DNA of 63,893 nucleotides, filler included, from Choristocarpus tenellus KU-1152 (lineage: Eukaryota > Protista > Phaeophyceae): assembly GCA_964200185.2 (NCBI GenBank). It is 11 parts of 11 records of this genome, joined end to end, with 100 filler letters (N's around TTAATTAATTAA, not from the genome) between each part and the next. Parts side by side here need not be neighbours in the genome. Positions count along the whole stretch, not along the records: positions 30,308 to 40,350 come from CAXNAD020003184.1; positions 40,451 to 45,255 come from CAXNAD020012992.1; positions 45,356 to 55,720 come from CAXNAD020002969.1; 8 more parts are not named here. One strand, written 5' to 3'. Position 1 is the first letter of the stretch. Every line of letters starts with the position of its first letter. The notes below the pieces were generated by a model that saw nothing but the letters and a program-made list of their open reading frames with translations, was not told the DNA's origin and searched no databases. Made by a program: the position numbers and the translations under genes. Below are positions 37,222-48,112 of this stretch, piece after piece.

Positions 37222-37478
37222 GAGCCAAAGTATATTGGAGGGTAGCCCGCGTCCGTTTGGCGACCAAAATACAATGTTTAATTTTTATGCAATTTTGGCT
37301 ATCGTGTTTGTTAGGAAGCGTCAATATCCTTGTTCCAGACACACCTTTTCATAAAATTAACACTTTACCTACGTCGAAACATTTCGGAGTAGGTAAATTG
37401 TCATAAAGAACCTGTGGGAAGCCACGCCCCAAATGGACAAACAGGCCAAAATTCCTACCCTCTGAGATACTTTCACTC
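37222..37478. mobile_element. MITE type B, 3-bp TSD TGA
   Basis: GAGCCAAAGTATATTGG...GAGATACTTTCACTC; tga on both flanks. Confidence 0.9.
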
Positions 37479-38054
37479 TGACAGACTCTACATCCAATAA
37501 ATTTGATGCCAACTGACTTCAATTGCTGATACAATTTTTGTTTGTGTTGGGAGTGTTCGCCGTGCAATATATATCGGTTAAGTACTTGGCAAGTTATACC
37601 CTTACAAGTCGTTCATTCATCATGACGTGATGTTAGTAAGTACAACATATGAAGTGAATTTGGGGGGAACAATGAAGGGTTGGAGCTTCAAATGAAAGTA
37701 TATACTTACCATTACAGGATATTAGGAGTGCGGAAGAGGGCTGTTATTTATTTTCCTGGAAGAGTTTCTTTAGTACGGTTTTGAACCACTTCTCTGGCAA
37801 TGACAGGTAAAAGGTCGTGGTCAAGATTTCTCTCCCTTGTCGACCAGGCAAAAGGAAGTTTACTCGACCTCCACTAGAAACGCCTTTTCATATTTGTGGG
37901 AACCTCTTACAGGTTTTACATCCTACATCATGCTATACAATCCACTCACCAAGTCAAATAACCATACACAAGAAAATTATACCAAGGTATGTATGATGAA
38001 TTAATCGAACGCCTGCAAATCGTAGGCCTACAAGCTTCAGAGTCACGAGGTAAT

Positions 38055-38313
38055 CAGTCAAAGTATCTTAGAGGGTAGGGCAGCGTCCATTTGGGGACCC
38101 AAATCTAAAGTTCCGATTTGGATGAAATTTTTACTATTGTGTTTTGTTTGGAAGTGTCAATGTCCTTGTTCCAGACACACCTTTTCATAGCATACACACT
38201 TTACCTACTCCGAAATATTATTGGGTAGGAAAATGTCACAAAAAAAACATGGGAGGCTAAGCCCCAAATGGACAAACAGGGCAAAATTCGTACCCTCTAA
38301 GATACTTTCACTC
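38055..38313. mobile_element. MITE type B, TSD TAAT
   Basis: CAGTCAAAGTATCTTAGAGGGTA...TAAGATACTTTCACTC; taat on both flanks. Confidence 0.92.
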
Positions 38314-40288
38314 TAATCATGGTTTCTTCCTGGTGTTTTCTGGGTTCATCGGTAATCGACTATTGGCATTGAAAAAATAAAGATTTCCATCGCCCGATAT
38401 ATAGAAATGACGGTCAAGGACAACAGACAAGACAGAAGCTTGCTACCAGCCAGTAAAGGGTCGAAGTAATGATTACATAGTATTTTCACACTTATCAGAT
38501 GATGCATGCAACATAACAGGTGGATGCCACTGTCTTGTGTCGTACCCTAAACGCCACAAAAAAAAATCTGACTGAAATATTCATCAGCACAACTTCAACA
38601 AAAAATCCACACGCTAGAGAGGGAAATGTGAGGGTCTTCACTAGTAAAGGGGTAACATCACCAAGGAAGAAGGGGAGAGAAAGTCGTCTTCATCCCAAGG
38701 TCGGTCATGTCTACAGAGGAAAACTTGTCCCATGCCTCAGCAAACCTCTGGCACATGCTTGTGAGGAAAATTCCTGGGTGGACTGGGTGGTTGGTATGCA
38801 GGGGGGGCTTTAGGCAACAAGTGGTCTATTCTCATTGTATATTACAAGCATTGATTTATATCCATTTTCATTTCCTGATTCCTCTCTCTTTATCTGTAAA
38901 CATTTTGGTCGCTCGGTGTCCATCATACAGAAATAAACTACAAGCTTCTTTTCCTCAACGGACATTAAAATTGTGACAAAATAATTGTTTGCATTTGCGG
39001 CTATACACATGGATGTGTGCCCCTCTGAGACAAGGGGGGAATATGGGGTAACACAGCAAGCAGGGACCCCGTCAGTGGTGTTGACATTGTCTCACGTATG
39101 TTGCTCGTTACGCTCTGTTATGAAGGTATATAGTTGTTTTTGATACCTTCAACATATATCATCTACTACTCTAGTTTAACCGTTAGGGGCTTAAATCCGT
39201 GTTACAAGATTTTCCTTCCCAGGCCGGCATCGAGTTAACTATATCAACATTACAATATGTTTCCTACCAAACACTAATACAACATTTGTGCAACTTGTGA
39301 TGACACCCAACAATACAACAATGCCCTAGGCACTTCACTGCTTTGTTGTTCCTCCGCCTCCTCCTCTCCCTCGATCTTCACACGCCCTGGTAAGAAATGG
39401 CCCATCATAGCAAAGAAAGAAACATCCACAGCACCAAATGACAAAACAATAACGGCAAAAATCGACGTAAACCAACCAATGGGGACCAAAGATGTAGGAA
39501 GGAAATGCCAAGATCGCTGCTCTTTCTGTCTTAGTGTTCCTGTTTCACATGTGCATGGCGAATACACTCTATTTGTTGCTCCAAAACCTCACTTTACAAA
39601 TCAGCAACATATTTTATAGCCCTTTGCAATATTTTCCCTAACGCCTAGATAACTTAACGAGTTCTCACTTATCTGCAGCATACACTCAGCATGTACAATG
39701 TATATATATATATATATGTATATGCTGCAATTGACTTAATCCCGTTTTTGTCTTTCAGAAGGAAGCGTTAATGTACAGTATCAAGCTCAAAGTCTATACC
39801 ATATTGAGCTATACAGGAGTCCCAGTAGGCACAGCCTATGACTGATCAACCCCGACTTCCTCAACAGGAAGGCGAAGAGGACTAACATGGGAGAGAATTG
39901 TTAGTGCACCTTAACAGAGGAATCATTATTGACTGATTGGCGATCCAGGGGGCGTGGGGTGTGGCAAGGTCATTTAGCTCAGCGCCGAGTGAGAGTGTGT
40001 GAGGTTCTTGGTGGTGTTGTTGTTTTTGTGGAAAAGCAGGGCCTCACACGCCCTGCGTTACTTTATTAACCAGAGTAACAACATCTAGCAAGCTCGCACA
40101 AGTGCCTACCTACTGTGAATTATTGGGCTTGACATTCACCACCCTCCCGCCCTGTACTGCGTTGCCAATCAAGGTATAACTGTTAACTAGTTGTCTCCCA
40201 GGATAGATCTCTTTGCTCGACCAGGAAGATTTAAGTGCACGATGATGTGCCCCATTCACTAGAAATACGGGTGCCAAACCTCAAGTGT

Positions 40289-40350
40289 GGGTCAAAGTAT
40301 CTTGGGGGGGGGGTGGTTTGTGAGGGGGCGTCCGTTTCGGTCAAACAACG
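40289..40350. mobile_element. End of a type C TIR element at contig end
   Basis: GGGTCAAAGTATCTTG(n)..TTTGTGAGGGGGCGTCCGTTTCGG matches the reverse complement of 17805-17856. Confidence 0.8.
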
Positions 40351-40450
40351 NNNNNNNNNNNNNNNNNNNNNNNNNNNNNNNNNNNNNNNNNNNNTTAATT
40401 AATTAANNNNNNNNNNNNNNNNNNNNNNNNNNNNNNNNNNNNNNNNNNNN

Positions 40451-40508
40451 CCCCCAAACACCCCCCGTGTCCCCCCCCCCCCCCCCCCCCCTCAGATACT
40501 TTTGGGAC
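40451..40508. mobile_element. TIR end at contig start
   Basis: C(n)TCAGATACTTTTGGGAC. Confidence 0.6.
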
Positions 40509-40725
40509 AAAGAGTAAGAGGATGGATATGACAAGGCAAGGGCTAGAGCTGGGAGAGAGACGTGGAGACTCTTGGCAGTGATGCATGAAATAAGGAGTTG
40601 GACATGTTTATTATTCCTGTCCACGTGCCCTAGAGCTTGAATGGGTAAAGCTCATGCCTGAGGAGAAGGACTCATTTTCAACTGGTTTCGTTGTTGTACA
40701 GGGGAACCGAGGGCAGGTTGCAGTT

Positions 40726-40980
40726 GAGTGAAATTATCTCAGAGGGTACGAGTTTTGCCCTATTTGTCCATTTGGGGCTTGACTTCCCTTGGAGTTTATA
40801 CGACTTTCACCTACTCCAAAATATTTCGGAGTAGGCAAAATTTATACGCTATGAAAAGGTGGGGGTCCGGAACAAGGATATTGACACTTCCTAACAAACN
40901 NNNNNNNNNACATCAACATCGCGACAGTGGATTTTGGCCCCCAAATGGATGCGGCTCTACCCTCTAAGATACTTTGGCTC
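40726..40980. mobile_element. MITE type B, TSD AGTT (contains an N10 gap)
   Basis: GAGTGAAATTATCTCAGAGGGTA...TAAGATACTTTGGCTC; agtt on both flanks. Confidence 0.9.
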
Positions 40981-41214
40981 AGTTCCTACAAAAGTGGAAA
41001 GAGTTCCCAAGTTGAGAGTAACTCCGGTTGTATAATAGGTCAATCCTTTTGAACACTGGTCTACTCTTTGAGGCAGGTGAAGTCACACGATAATAATCCA
41101 ACTGTGTTGTGCAACCAAAAACTGGAAATTCCCTGTTACACTATTGATAGACCATTTGTATACAAGAGATGGACTTGATGAAGTCCGTTTCGGCACGCGG
41201 GGGATGAGATGGAT

Positions 41215-41287
41215 GGGGGATTAGCTCAAATGGTAGAGCACTTCCTTAGCATGGAAGAAGTAGTGGGATCGGTACCCACATTCTCCA
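41215..41287 (+). tRNA. tRNA-Ala(AGC)
   Basis: 73-nt cloverleaf: acceptor GGGGGAT/ATTCTCC with G3:U70; anticodon arm CTTCC-TTAGCAT-GGAAG; T arm GTGGG-ATCGGTA-CCCAC; T7 terminator immediately downstream. Confidence 0.92.
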
Positions 41288-41464
41288 GATTTTTTGGCTT
41301 ATCCACATACTCCAAGAGGTAGTAAACATTGCCCGATCATATCAGTAGTATCATTAATATACCGACCATGGTCCCGATAACAAATAAACGATCAACTAGG
41401 CAGAGTGCAGAGCAGATTCCACGAGAAGAAGATAGAAAGGGTAGGGCCCACATTTTCTATATGC

Positions 41465-41717
41465 GAGTGAAAGTATCTTAGAGGATACGAGCCCTGTTTG
41501 TCCATTTGGGGCTTGGCTTCCCATGGGTTATTTTGTGAAATTTTCCTTCTCCAAAATGTAAGAAATAGGTAAAGTGTGTATGTTATGAAAATGTGTGTCC
41601 AGAACATGGATATTGACACTTCCTAACCTACACGATAGCCAAGATTGCATCGAAATCGCAACATTGGATTTTGGCCCCCAAATGGACACGGCTCTACCCT
41701 CTAAGATACTTTGACTC
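41465..41717. mobile_element. MITE type B, TSD ATGC
   Basis: GAGTGAAAGTATCTTAGAGG...TAAGATACTTTGACTC; atgc on both flanks. Confidence 0.93.
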
Positions 41718-42772
41718 ATGCGTTGTATGTATATGCTACATTATTTCTTCGCGCACTTGTAGGACTCCAGACACTGAAAATGTTATCTTTTTTTCTCTGA
41801 TATGTTGCTTTCAACATATATATCCCACCAAGCTTCCTCTACGTACAATATCTCTATCAAATTCATCAATGCCTTAGCACCTGTTAGCTCGCCACATGAG
41901 ACAGAGGAAAGGAACAGGTCATATCTCGGGGACAAGAACTATTTAATGAATGCAAGGAGCAACTGCCTTCAATGGCAGAGGAAGGGGAAGGAGAAAGTAT
42001 CAGGAGAACGGAATATGTACGAGCAGCTATGTTGCATGTGAGAGTCGTAAGAGTGCAGAATGAGTGGCAGGCACAACTTGTGAAAAATAATGCATAAAGA
42101 CAGAGGGATAGGGAGGGAAGCGCTAGTGCTTCTCCCAGGATTATACGAGTAAGGAACATAGCAAGGTTTCAAATGTCTCTGCTTGGAGTAGTCCAATGGA
42201 GTACAGAGGTCAGAGTACTCCACCGCTGAAGTTAGGGAAAAGGAGCAGAGAAGGTGCTGTGCGGAAGGGAGGAGGGTTGGGTCAATTCAGATGCTGACTA
42301 TGAGAAAACGACCCTTCCTGCAAAGTTTGTAAAGCATTGATTGTGGGATAGCATGTGCCCAGAGAGTGAGGGGGGACACACAAACACACAATTTTACTGT
42401 TATACCTGGTAGGCATAAGAATCTTAGTTTGAGGCTCATGCTTCCCCCTCATGCACCTACATCCCCCGTGCCTTGCCACCTATCGACCTCTCACCAGCTT
42501 CAGGCACAGAAGCAACGAAAAATTCGATCGGTCGCTACTCAGATGCTGAGTTTTCTATACCATCAACACTTCCAGAAGGGATGGATAGGTGATCGGAGGA
42601 GATATAATTATCTGCTTTAAATCGTTTTTGGAGCTTGACACACGCATGTGCAAGTTGGGGCATGTTTGACGGGGTAGGTCGAAGAAGAAATTGATATCAC
42701 ACCATACTCCGGAGTATACGACAAGGCCTTTGGCAGAATCTTCTTGTACAATCAGCAGGGACATCAGTAGGA

Positions 42773-43030
42773 GAGTGAAATTATCTTAGAGGGTACGAGT
42801 TTTGCCCTGTTTGTCCATTTGGGGCTTGACTTCTCTTGGGGTTTTTCATGACATTTTTCTACTCCAAAATGTTTTGGAGAAGGCAAATGTATATGATATG
42901 AAACGGTGTGTCCAGAACATGGATATCTACACTTCCTAACAAACACAATAGCCGAAATTACATGAAAATCGCCAAATTGGATTTTGACCCCCAAATGGAC
43001 GCGGCTCTACCCTCTAAGATACTTTGGCTC
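42773..43030. mobile_element. MITE type B, TSD AGGA
   Basis: GAGTGAAATTATCTTAGAGGGTA...TAAGATACTTTGGCTC; agga on both flanks. Confidence 0.93.
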
Positions 43031-43059
43031 AGGAACTTGTCGTAGTGATTGGTCTAGGG

Positions 43060-43330
43060 GACGTGGCTGAAGGACTTCTATTTGGGGGGGGTACATGGCT
43101 ATCTCGTGGGGCGCTGAACACTTTCGTCCCTACATACCTGGGGCAGCATATTTCACCCTGATCACTGATTCCTTCGACCTAGTGTGGCCCTGTAAGAGTC
43201 ACAGCCTTATTCCCGAGCTCCCCATGTGGCTCTTCGCCTTACGGACCAGGATATGGAGGTCGAGGAAGTGGGTCGGTTTAAGGAACTACTACCGTATGCG
43301 CTACTGCAACCCTCTCCCTTGGCTACGTAT
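43060..43330 (+). mobile_element. Degenerate Ty3/Gypsy RNase H relic, probably extending left of the MITE to about 42550
   Basis: MAISWGAEHFRPYIPGAAYFTLITD..LVW..PMWLFAL resembles AIVWALxHFRPYLxGxxFxLxTD..RWxxxL. Confidence 0.7.
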
Positions 43331-43596
43331 ACAAGGCTTTGACAGGGATATCTCCTTTCCTGAGATGACTCATCTGATGGCAGCATCAGGACATATGGGA
43401 GCTACCGGAGAGTAGTGAGGAGCCTCCCTAAGGAGGTGAGAAACGTAAAAGTAAAATGAACGAAAATATAATTGTATTCAAAGTGAAAAAATATTTTCAG
43501 CAAGAGCTAAGCTCGAGAGCATGAAGTAGACCAAGCAAGCTTATGTTAGATTGTGACAAAAGCAGTCAACCTAGTGCAAAGAAAAAAGTAAGTAGC

Positions 43597-43854
43597 GAGC
43601 CAAAGTATCTAGAGGACAGGGCCGCGTCCATTTGAGGGCCAAAATCCAATGTTGCGATTTTAATGCAATTTTGGCTATCATGTGTGTTAGGGAGTGTCAA
43701 CATCCTCGCTGCGGACACACCTTTTTATAACGTATACATTCCGCCTACTTCGAAACTTTGTGGAGTTGGAAAATGTTATAAAAGAACCCATGGGAAGCCA
43801 ATCCCTAAATAGACAAACAGGGCAAAACTCGTACCCTCTAAGGTACTTTCACTC
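43597..43854. mobile_element. MITE type B
   Basis: GAGCCAAAGTATCTAGAGG...TAAGGTACTTTCACTC; flanks agc/agt. Confidence 0.9.
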
Positions 43855-43902
43855 AGTCACTACATTATAATCAATAGAAAGCATACACTATTTGACAAAA
43901 AA

Positions 43903-44162
43903 GAGTGAAAGTATCTTATATGATAGGAGTCTTACCCTATTTGTCCATTTGGGACTTGGATTCCCACGTGTTTTTTTTACATTTTACCCACTCCGAAATG
44001 TTTTGCAGTAGTAGATAAAATGTGTATGTTATGAAAAAGGTATCTGGAACAAGGATATTGACACTTCCTAACAAACATGATAGCCAAAATTACATTCAAA
44101 CTTTCAACATTGCTTTGGGTCGCCAAACGAACGCGGCCCTACCATCTAAGATACTTTGACTC
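43903..44162. mobile_element. MITE type B, TSD AAAA, inverted relative to its neighbour
   Basis: GAGTGAAAGTATCTTA...TAAGATACTTTGACTC. Confidence 0.9.
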
Positions 44163-44435
44163 AAAATATATTTACTATCTTTGCACAATGGGTTTGCTAT
44201 TTGATTGAAATAATCCTGGTAGAAAATTATAAGTCTTCGATTTGTTGTCAATTATATATTCGATTTCTCCATTATATCACAATCTAGGTCATTTGCGTAA
44301 GAAGTAATCTAATATATGATAGTCAATAAATGTCACGGGTTACGGTTTCCGTTCACTACATCACACGTAATACGTAGTGAGATACGAAACTCTATATATT
44401 AGAAGGTTTGTGATGGCCACCTTTATGGCAAGGTA

Positions 44436-45212
44436 TACCTCCGAAGCACCCTCCCTCTACAAGGTATTCCTCAGAGCCTGTTGTTCCCTCTCATGACATC
44501 AGCACTCCCTCCTGATAGCATCAACATCAGGATGTTGAGCGGAGCTTACAAGCCCCACTTGTTCACTTCCCCTGTCACCTCTCTTCTGAGTAACCTTCTT
44601 AGGCATGACTGCCCCTTCTTCTCCCTCTTTATATTGATTAGAGGGATTTGTGATATCCACACCTGTTGAAGTATTACATACTGGATTCACGGTTGATCAA
44701 TCGTGTGGCTTAGAAAAGGACAGGTTGGTGAGAATATTAATGTTCATGTTACAAGGGACTTATGGTCTCAATTCCATTGGCAGAGCTCATGGGGTGAGAC
44801 AGGTGTAGACAACCGTGTGGGTTTTACAACGTCCACATGAATAATCAGAAAATAATGTTATCACTGGATCACAAGTACCAGCATGATACACGAACGGATT
44901 ATCTACAATTAGGTCTCCCTACAGTACATGAACTGGGGGTAGAGCTAAGGTGGAAAAGTATGAAAACAAGTAGCTGGCTATACAATCTCCTAACCCACTC
45001 CTCCAGTGGTGTCTGTAGTGTATCAGCAGCACTACCCACTAACACGACCTTCATGCCAAATTGTATCTCCGAAGCTTCTTTCCTCTATGATGTTTCCACT
45101 CCCCCCTGATATCATCAACATCAGGATGTTGAGTGGAGCTTCCAAGTCCCATTCGTTCCATTCCCTTGTCACTTCTCTTCCGAATGACGCTCTAGGGCAT
45201 GACTGCCCCCTT
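44436..45212. repeat. Diverged direct repeat pair (about 44436-44620 and 45063-45212)
   Basis: Shared ctccgaagc..ctgata(g/t)catcaacatcaggatgttgag(c/t)ggagctt..ggcatgactgcccc. Confidence 0.75.
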
Positions 45213-45225
45213 TTGTCGTATCTGT

Positions 45226-45255
45226 GAGTCAGAGTATCTTAGAGGGTAGAGCCGC
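45226..45255. mobile_element. MITE type B start, truncated by contig end
   Basis: GAGTCAGAGTATCTTAGAGGGTAGAGCCGC. Confidence 0.85.
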
Positions 45256-48112
45256 NNNNNNNNNNNNNNNNNNNNNNNNNNNNNNNNNNNNNNNNNNNNT
45301 TAATTAATTAANNNNNNNNNNNNNNNNNNNNNNNNNNNNNNNNNNNNNNNNNNNNGGGGGGGGGGAGGGGGGGGGGGAGGGGGGGGGGGGGGAGGGGGTG
45401 GGGGAGGGGGGGGGGAGTGGGGCGGGGCAGGTTTTAAATTTTATTTTGGTGGTAACGAGGTATTCTATGGGGCCAATGGTGTTTTGTCTCTTGCACATTT
45501 TGTGCTGCATGAGTCATCAGTGGTGATCAAGACAATAATGAACTGAGGGGACAATGGGGGGTATTCCCTTGACAGGGAAACGAGGAGGATGCTCTTCCTG
45601 TGGTGGGGACATAGGGATGTACTACACCTATTTGTCTGGCTGTGATGTGGGACATACTCAAGGGTTTTTCGGTGCTTGAATGCACCCATAACATAGAGAT
45701 CCAGGGAAGAGGTGGGACATTGGTGCCCTCTGCCAGATGAGAGGTAACACACCAGGGGATGTTCTTGCCCCCCCTTAGCTGGGTTTACTTGTCACTTGAC
45801 ATGCTAACAGTGGCTGTGGTAGTGAACAAACCTTGCATGGGTGTATCTGATGATCTGGTGTCAGAATATGTTACATATGGGACATCATATTTTCTTTTGT
45901 GATACGTTGTGTTACTAGGAATGTGTCTGTTGGTTTTCCCTCCTTGAAGATTTGCTTGTAGTGGACACTAGGAGCATGGTTGTCACAGTGATCCAGCGAT
46001 TTTTTCTAAATGGTCATCTACAAAAAGAGTTGAGCATGATCAGAGTCTCCGAGCACCCTCTTAAGGGTATTGAGTCATGAAAGGAATTCATGTATACCCT
46101 TCGAATTCATTTCTGGAATGGTTCATCCTACAGTCAGATTTAATCGTATCACACAGGAACATGGACATACATCAAATTTGCATTATATGCTGCACAAACT
46201 GTTCACCTCTCCCTCTTTTTCTATTCTGCTTTTTGGAATGTTTGCACGCTCCTATACATTACTTGCTGAATATCAGTCAATACAGGTGTTTCAGGATCAT
46301 GCAGCATCTTGCCAAGACTACCAAAACTTTCATAAGTGCAGATTTTTACTTGGTAGCTGGTAGCACAGGATGCGAAGACAACACAGGCTCTGCACCTTTG
46401 AGCCCAACATAACACACACACATTTTGTCCTGAACCTTGCATTGCCATGTATCTTTCCCAATCTTGCCCTCCTCCCTGGCTTTCCGCATGCGTCCATTGA
46501 GTGACATTTTTTTTCCCCTATTAGAATTGCCTCTGTTGCACCAATGAATTGCTACCAATTCTAAAAATATCCCAATTTTACCAAATTCTATAATCATATT
46601 GGGTGCTATGTACATTTTTGTCAAGTTTACCTAAGAACAATTCTGCCAACAAAGCAAGAAAATATAAAAAAATATGTCAGGACCAAAATATATTCTACTT
46701 GAGTACGAATTATGGCCAAGCGATAACTCCATTACAAAGGAAAGGTGCAATGATCAACACTCAAAGTGGAGTCTCTGTAGAGGGAGGGCTTCCTTTACTC
46801 AGGTGGGGGACTAATTCGTGTTTTGTCCACGTTCAATTGAAAACCTAGCCCAAGCACGAACAGAGTGAAAAATATAAAACAATGTATACGAAGTCCAAAA
46901 GTATAAACCTAGTCATAGTCCTAACCTTTCCCCACATATGGTAATAAATCCCAAAGTAGTCAGCCACCAAGGTTTTATACTGCAACATTACTGCCTGTGT
47001 GACATGCATGGATTTTGTTTGAACCTGAACATACTAGTTCATAGAGTCGAAAGAGACGCCACGGCAAATCTGTAATCCTGGAACTGAGTGCATTGAATAA
47101 AGCCCAACCGGTCAGGTCTAAAGCCTGAGTCTGCCACTATATCTCCCCACTTAACTTACTGAAATGGTACACGATCACCCACAAATAAGCAAAGAAGATT
47201 CCTACATAGGGTGAAGAGGATCTACAGTAGACGGTTGATCAAAGTAGTGGGATTCCTAGAGAAGTGCATTTGGATCATCTTGAGGACATGGGTCATCTCA
47301 TCCTGGGCCTAAATTGATGCCCCTTTACATTTTACTCTGCCAAGATGTGGACTTACGGGGCTTGCGCTGGAGGTTCTGTACCATCCCAGTACACGCAACC
47401 TTGGCCAATGTTCGCAAGCAAGGTCCACAGCAAATACTCCTGCAGATAAGATGGTGTGGACTGAATCGTCCCAGAGTGTGCGTGAGCGGGTTGGATGAAA
47501 CAGTCGTAGGAAATGCGTCACTGGAAACCCCCTGTTGTCTTTCTGGCCGGGAGGGTGGCTGCTAACGATTCTACAAACAATATATATTGGCGATGGATTA
47601 TGGAGGACAGGTCCAGACCTTCTCCACAAGTTGGCATCTGAGCTTGGACCTCCCTGTGTGTCTCCAAACGAACAGATCTATTCTTTTTATTTCCACGTCC
47701 ATTCAAAGGACTTGGTCACCTCGGTCATATCCCCCACTAACGTCGGTAGGTCCAAGGTCAGATGTCGAGTAGTGACGTGGTCTGCCAAGGCCTATCCTCC
47801 ATGATCCATCGCCAACATGTAAAATTTTGTAGGGTCGTTAGCAGTGACCCCCCCAACCCTCCTAGCAAGGCAGCAAGGAATTTCTGGCGAGGCATTTGCT
47901 AGGACCATCTGTGCTCCAACCCTACCTCGGTTTGATATGTTGTGCGTTGAAGTTACATAGTAATAACTTTGTTCAAAAGGAGTTCATGAAACCTTCGCTG
48001 GATTACAATCATGGTTGACTTTGGGAGAGGTGAAAGGTTCTGTCACATGTAGAGAGAAGGAGGTATAAAGGTCTTGGGATAGTTTTCTTGGGTATCAATA
48101 TCTTCCTCGATC

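Noticed and set aside
39886-40190. Purine tract followed by TGTTAG as a PPT and LTR start
   Set aside because: No second LTR, clear CA end or TSD was found.
41171-41210. TGATGA plus hairpin upstream of the tRNA as a hammerhead ribozyme
   Set aside because: It lacks the CTGATGA...GAAA core in the right order and the three stems.
45356-47830. Upstream exons that could make menB a fusion with other men enzymes
   Set aside because: No MenC/D/E/F/H motifs could be read, and the candidate frames contain stops.
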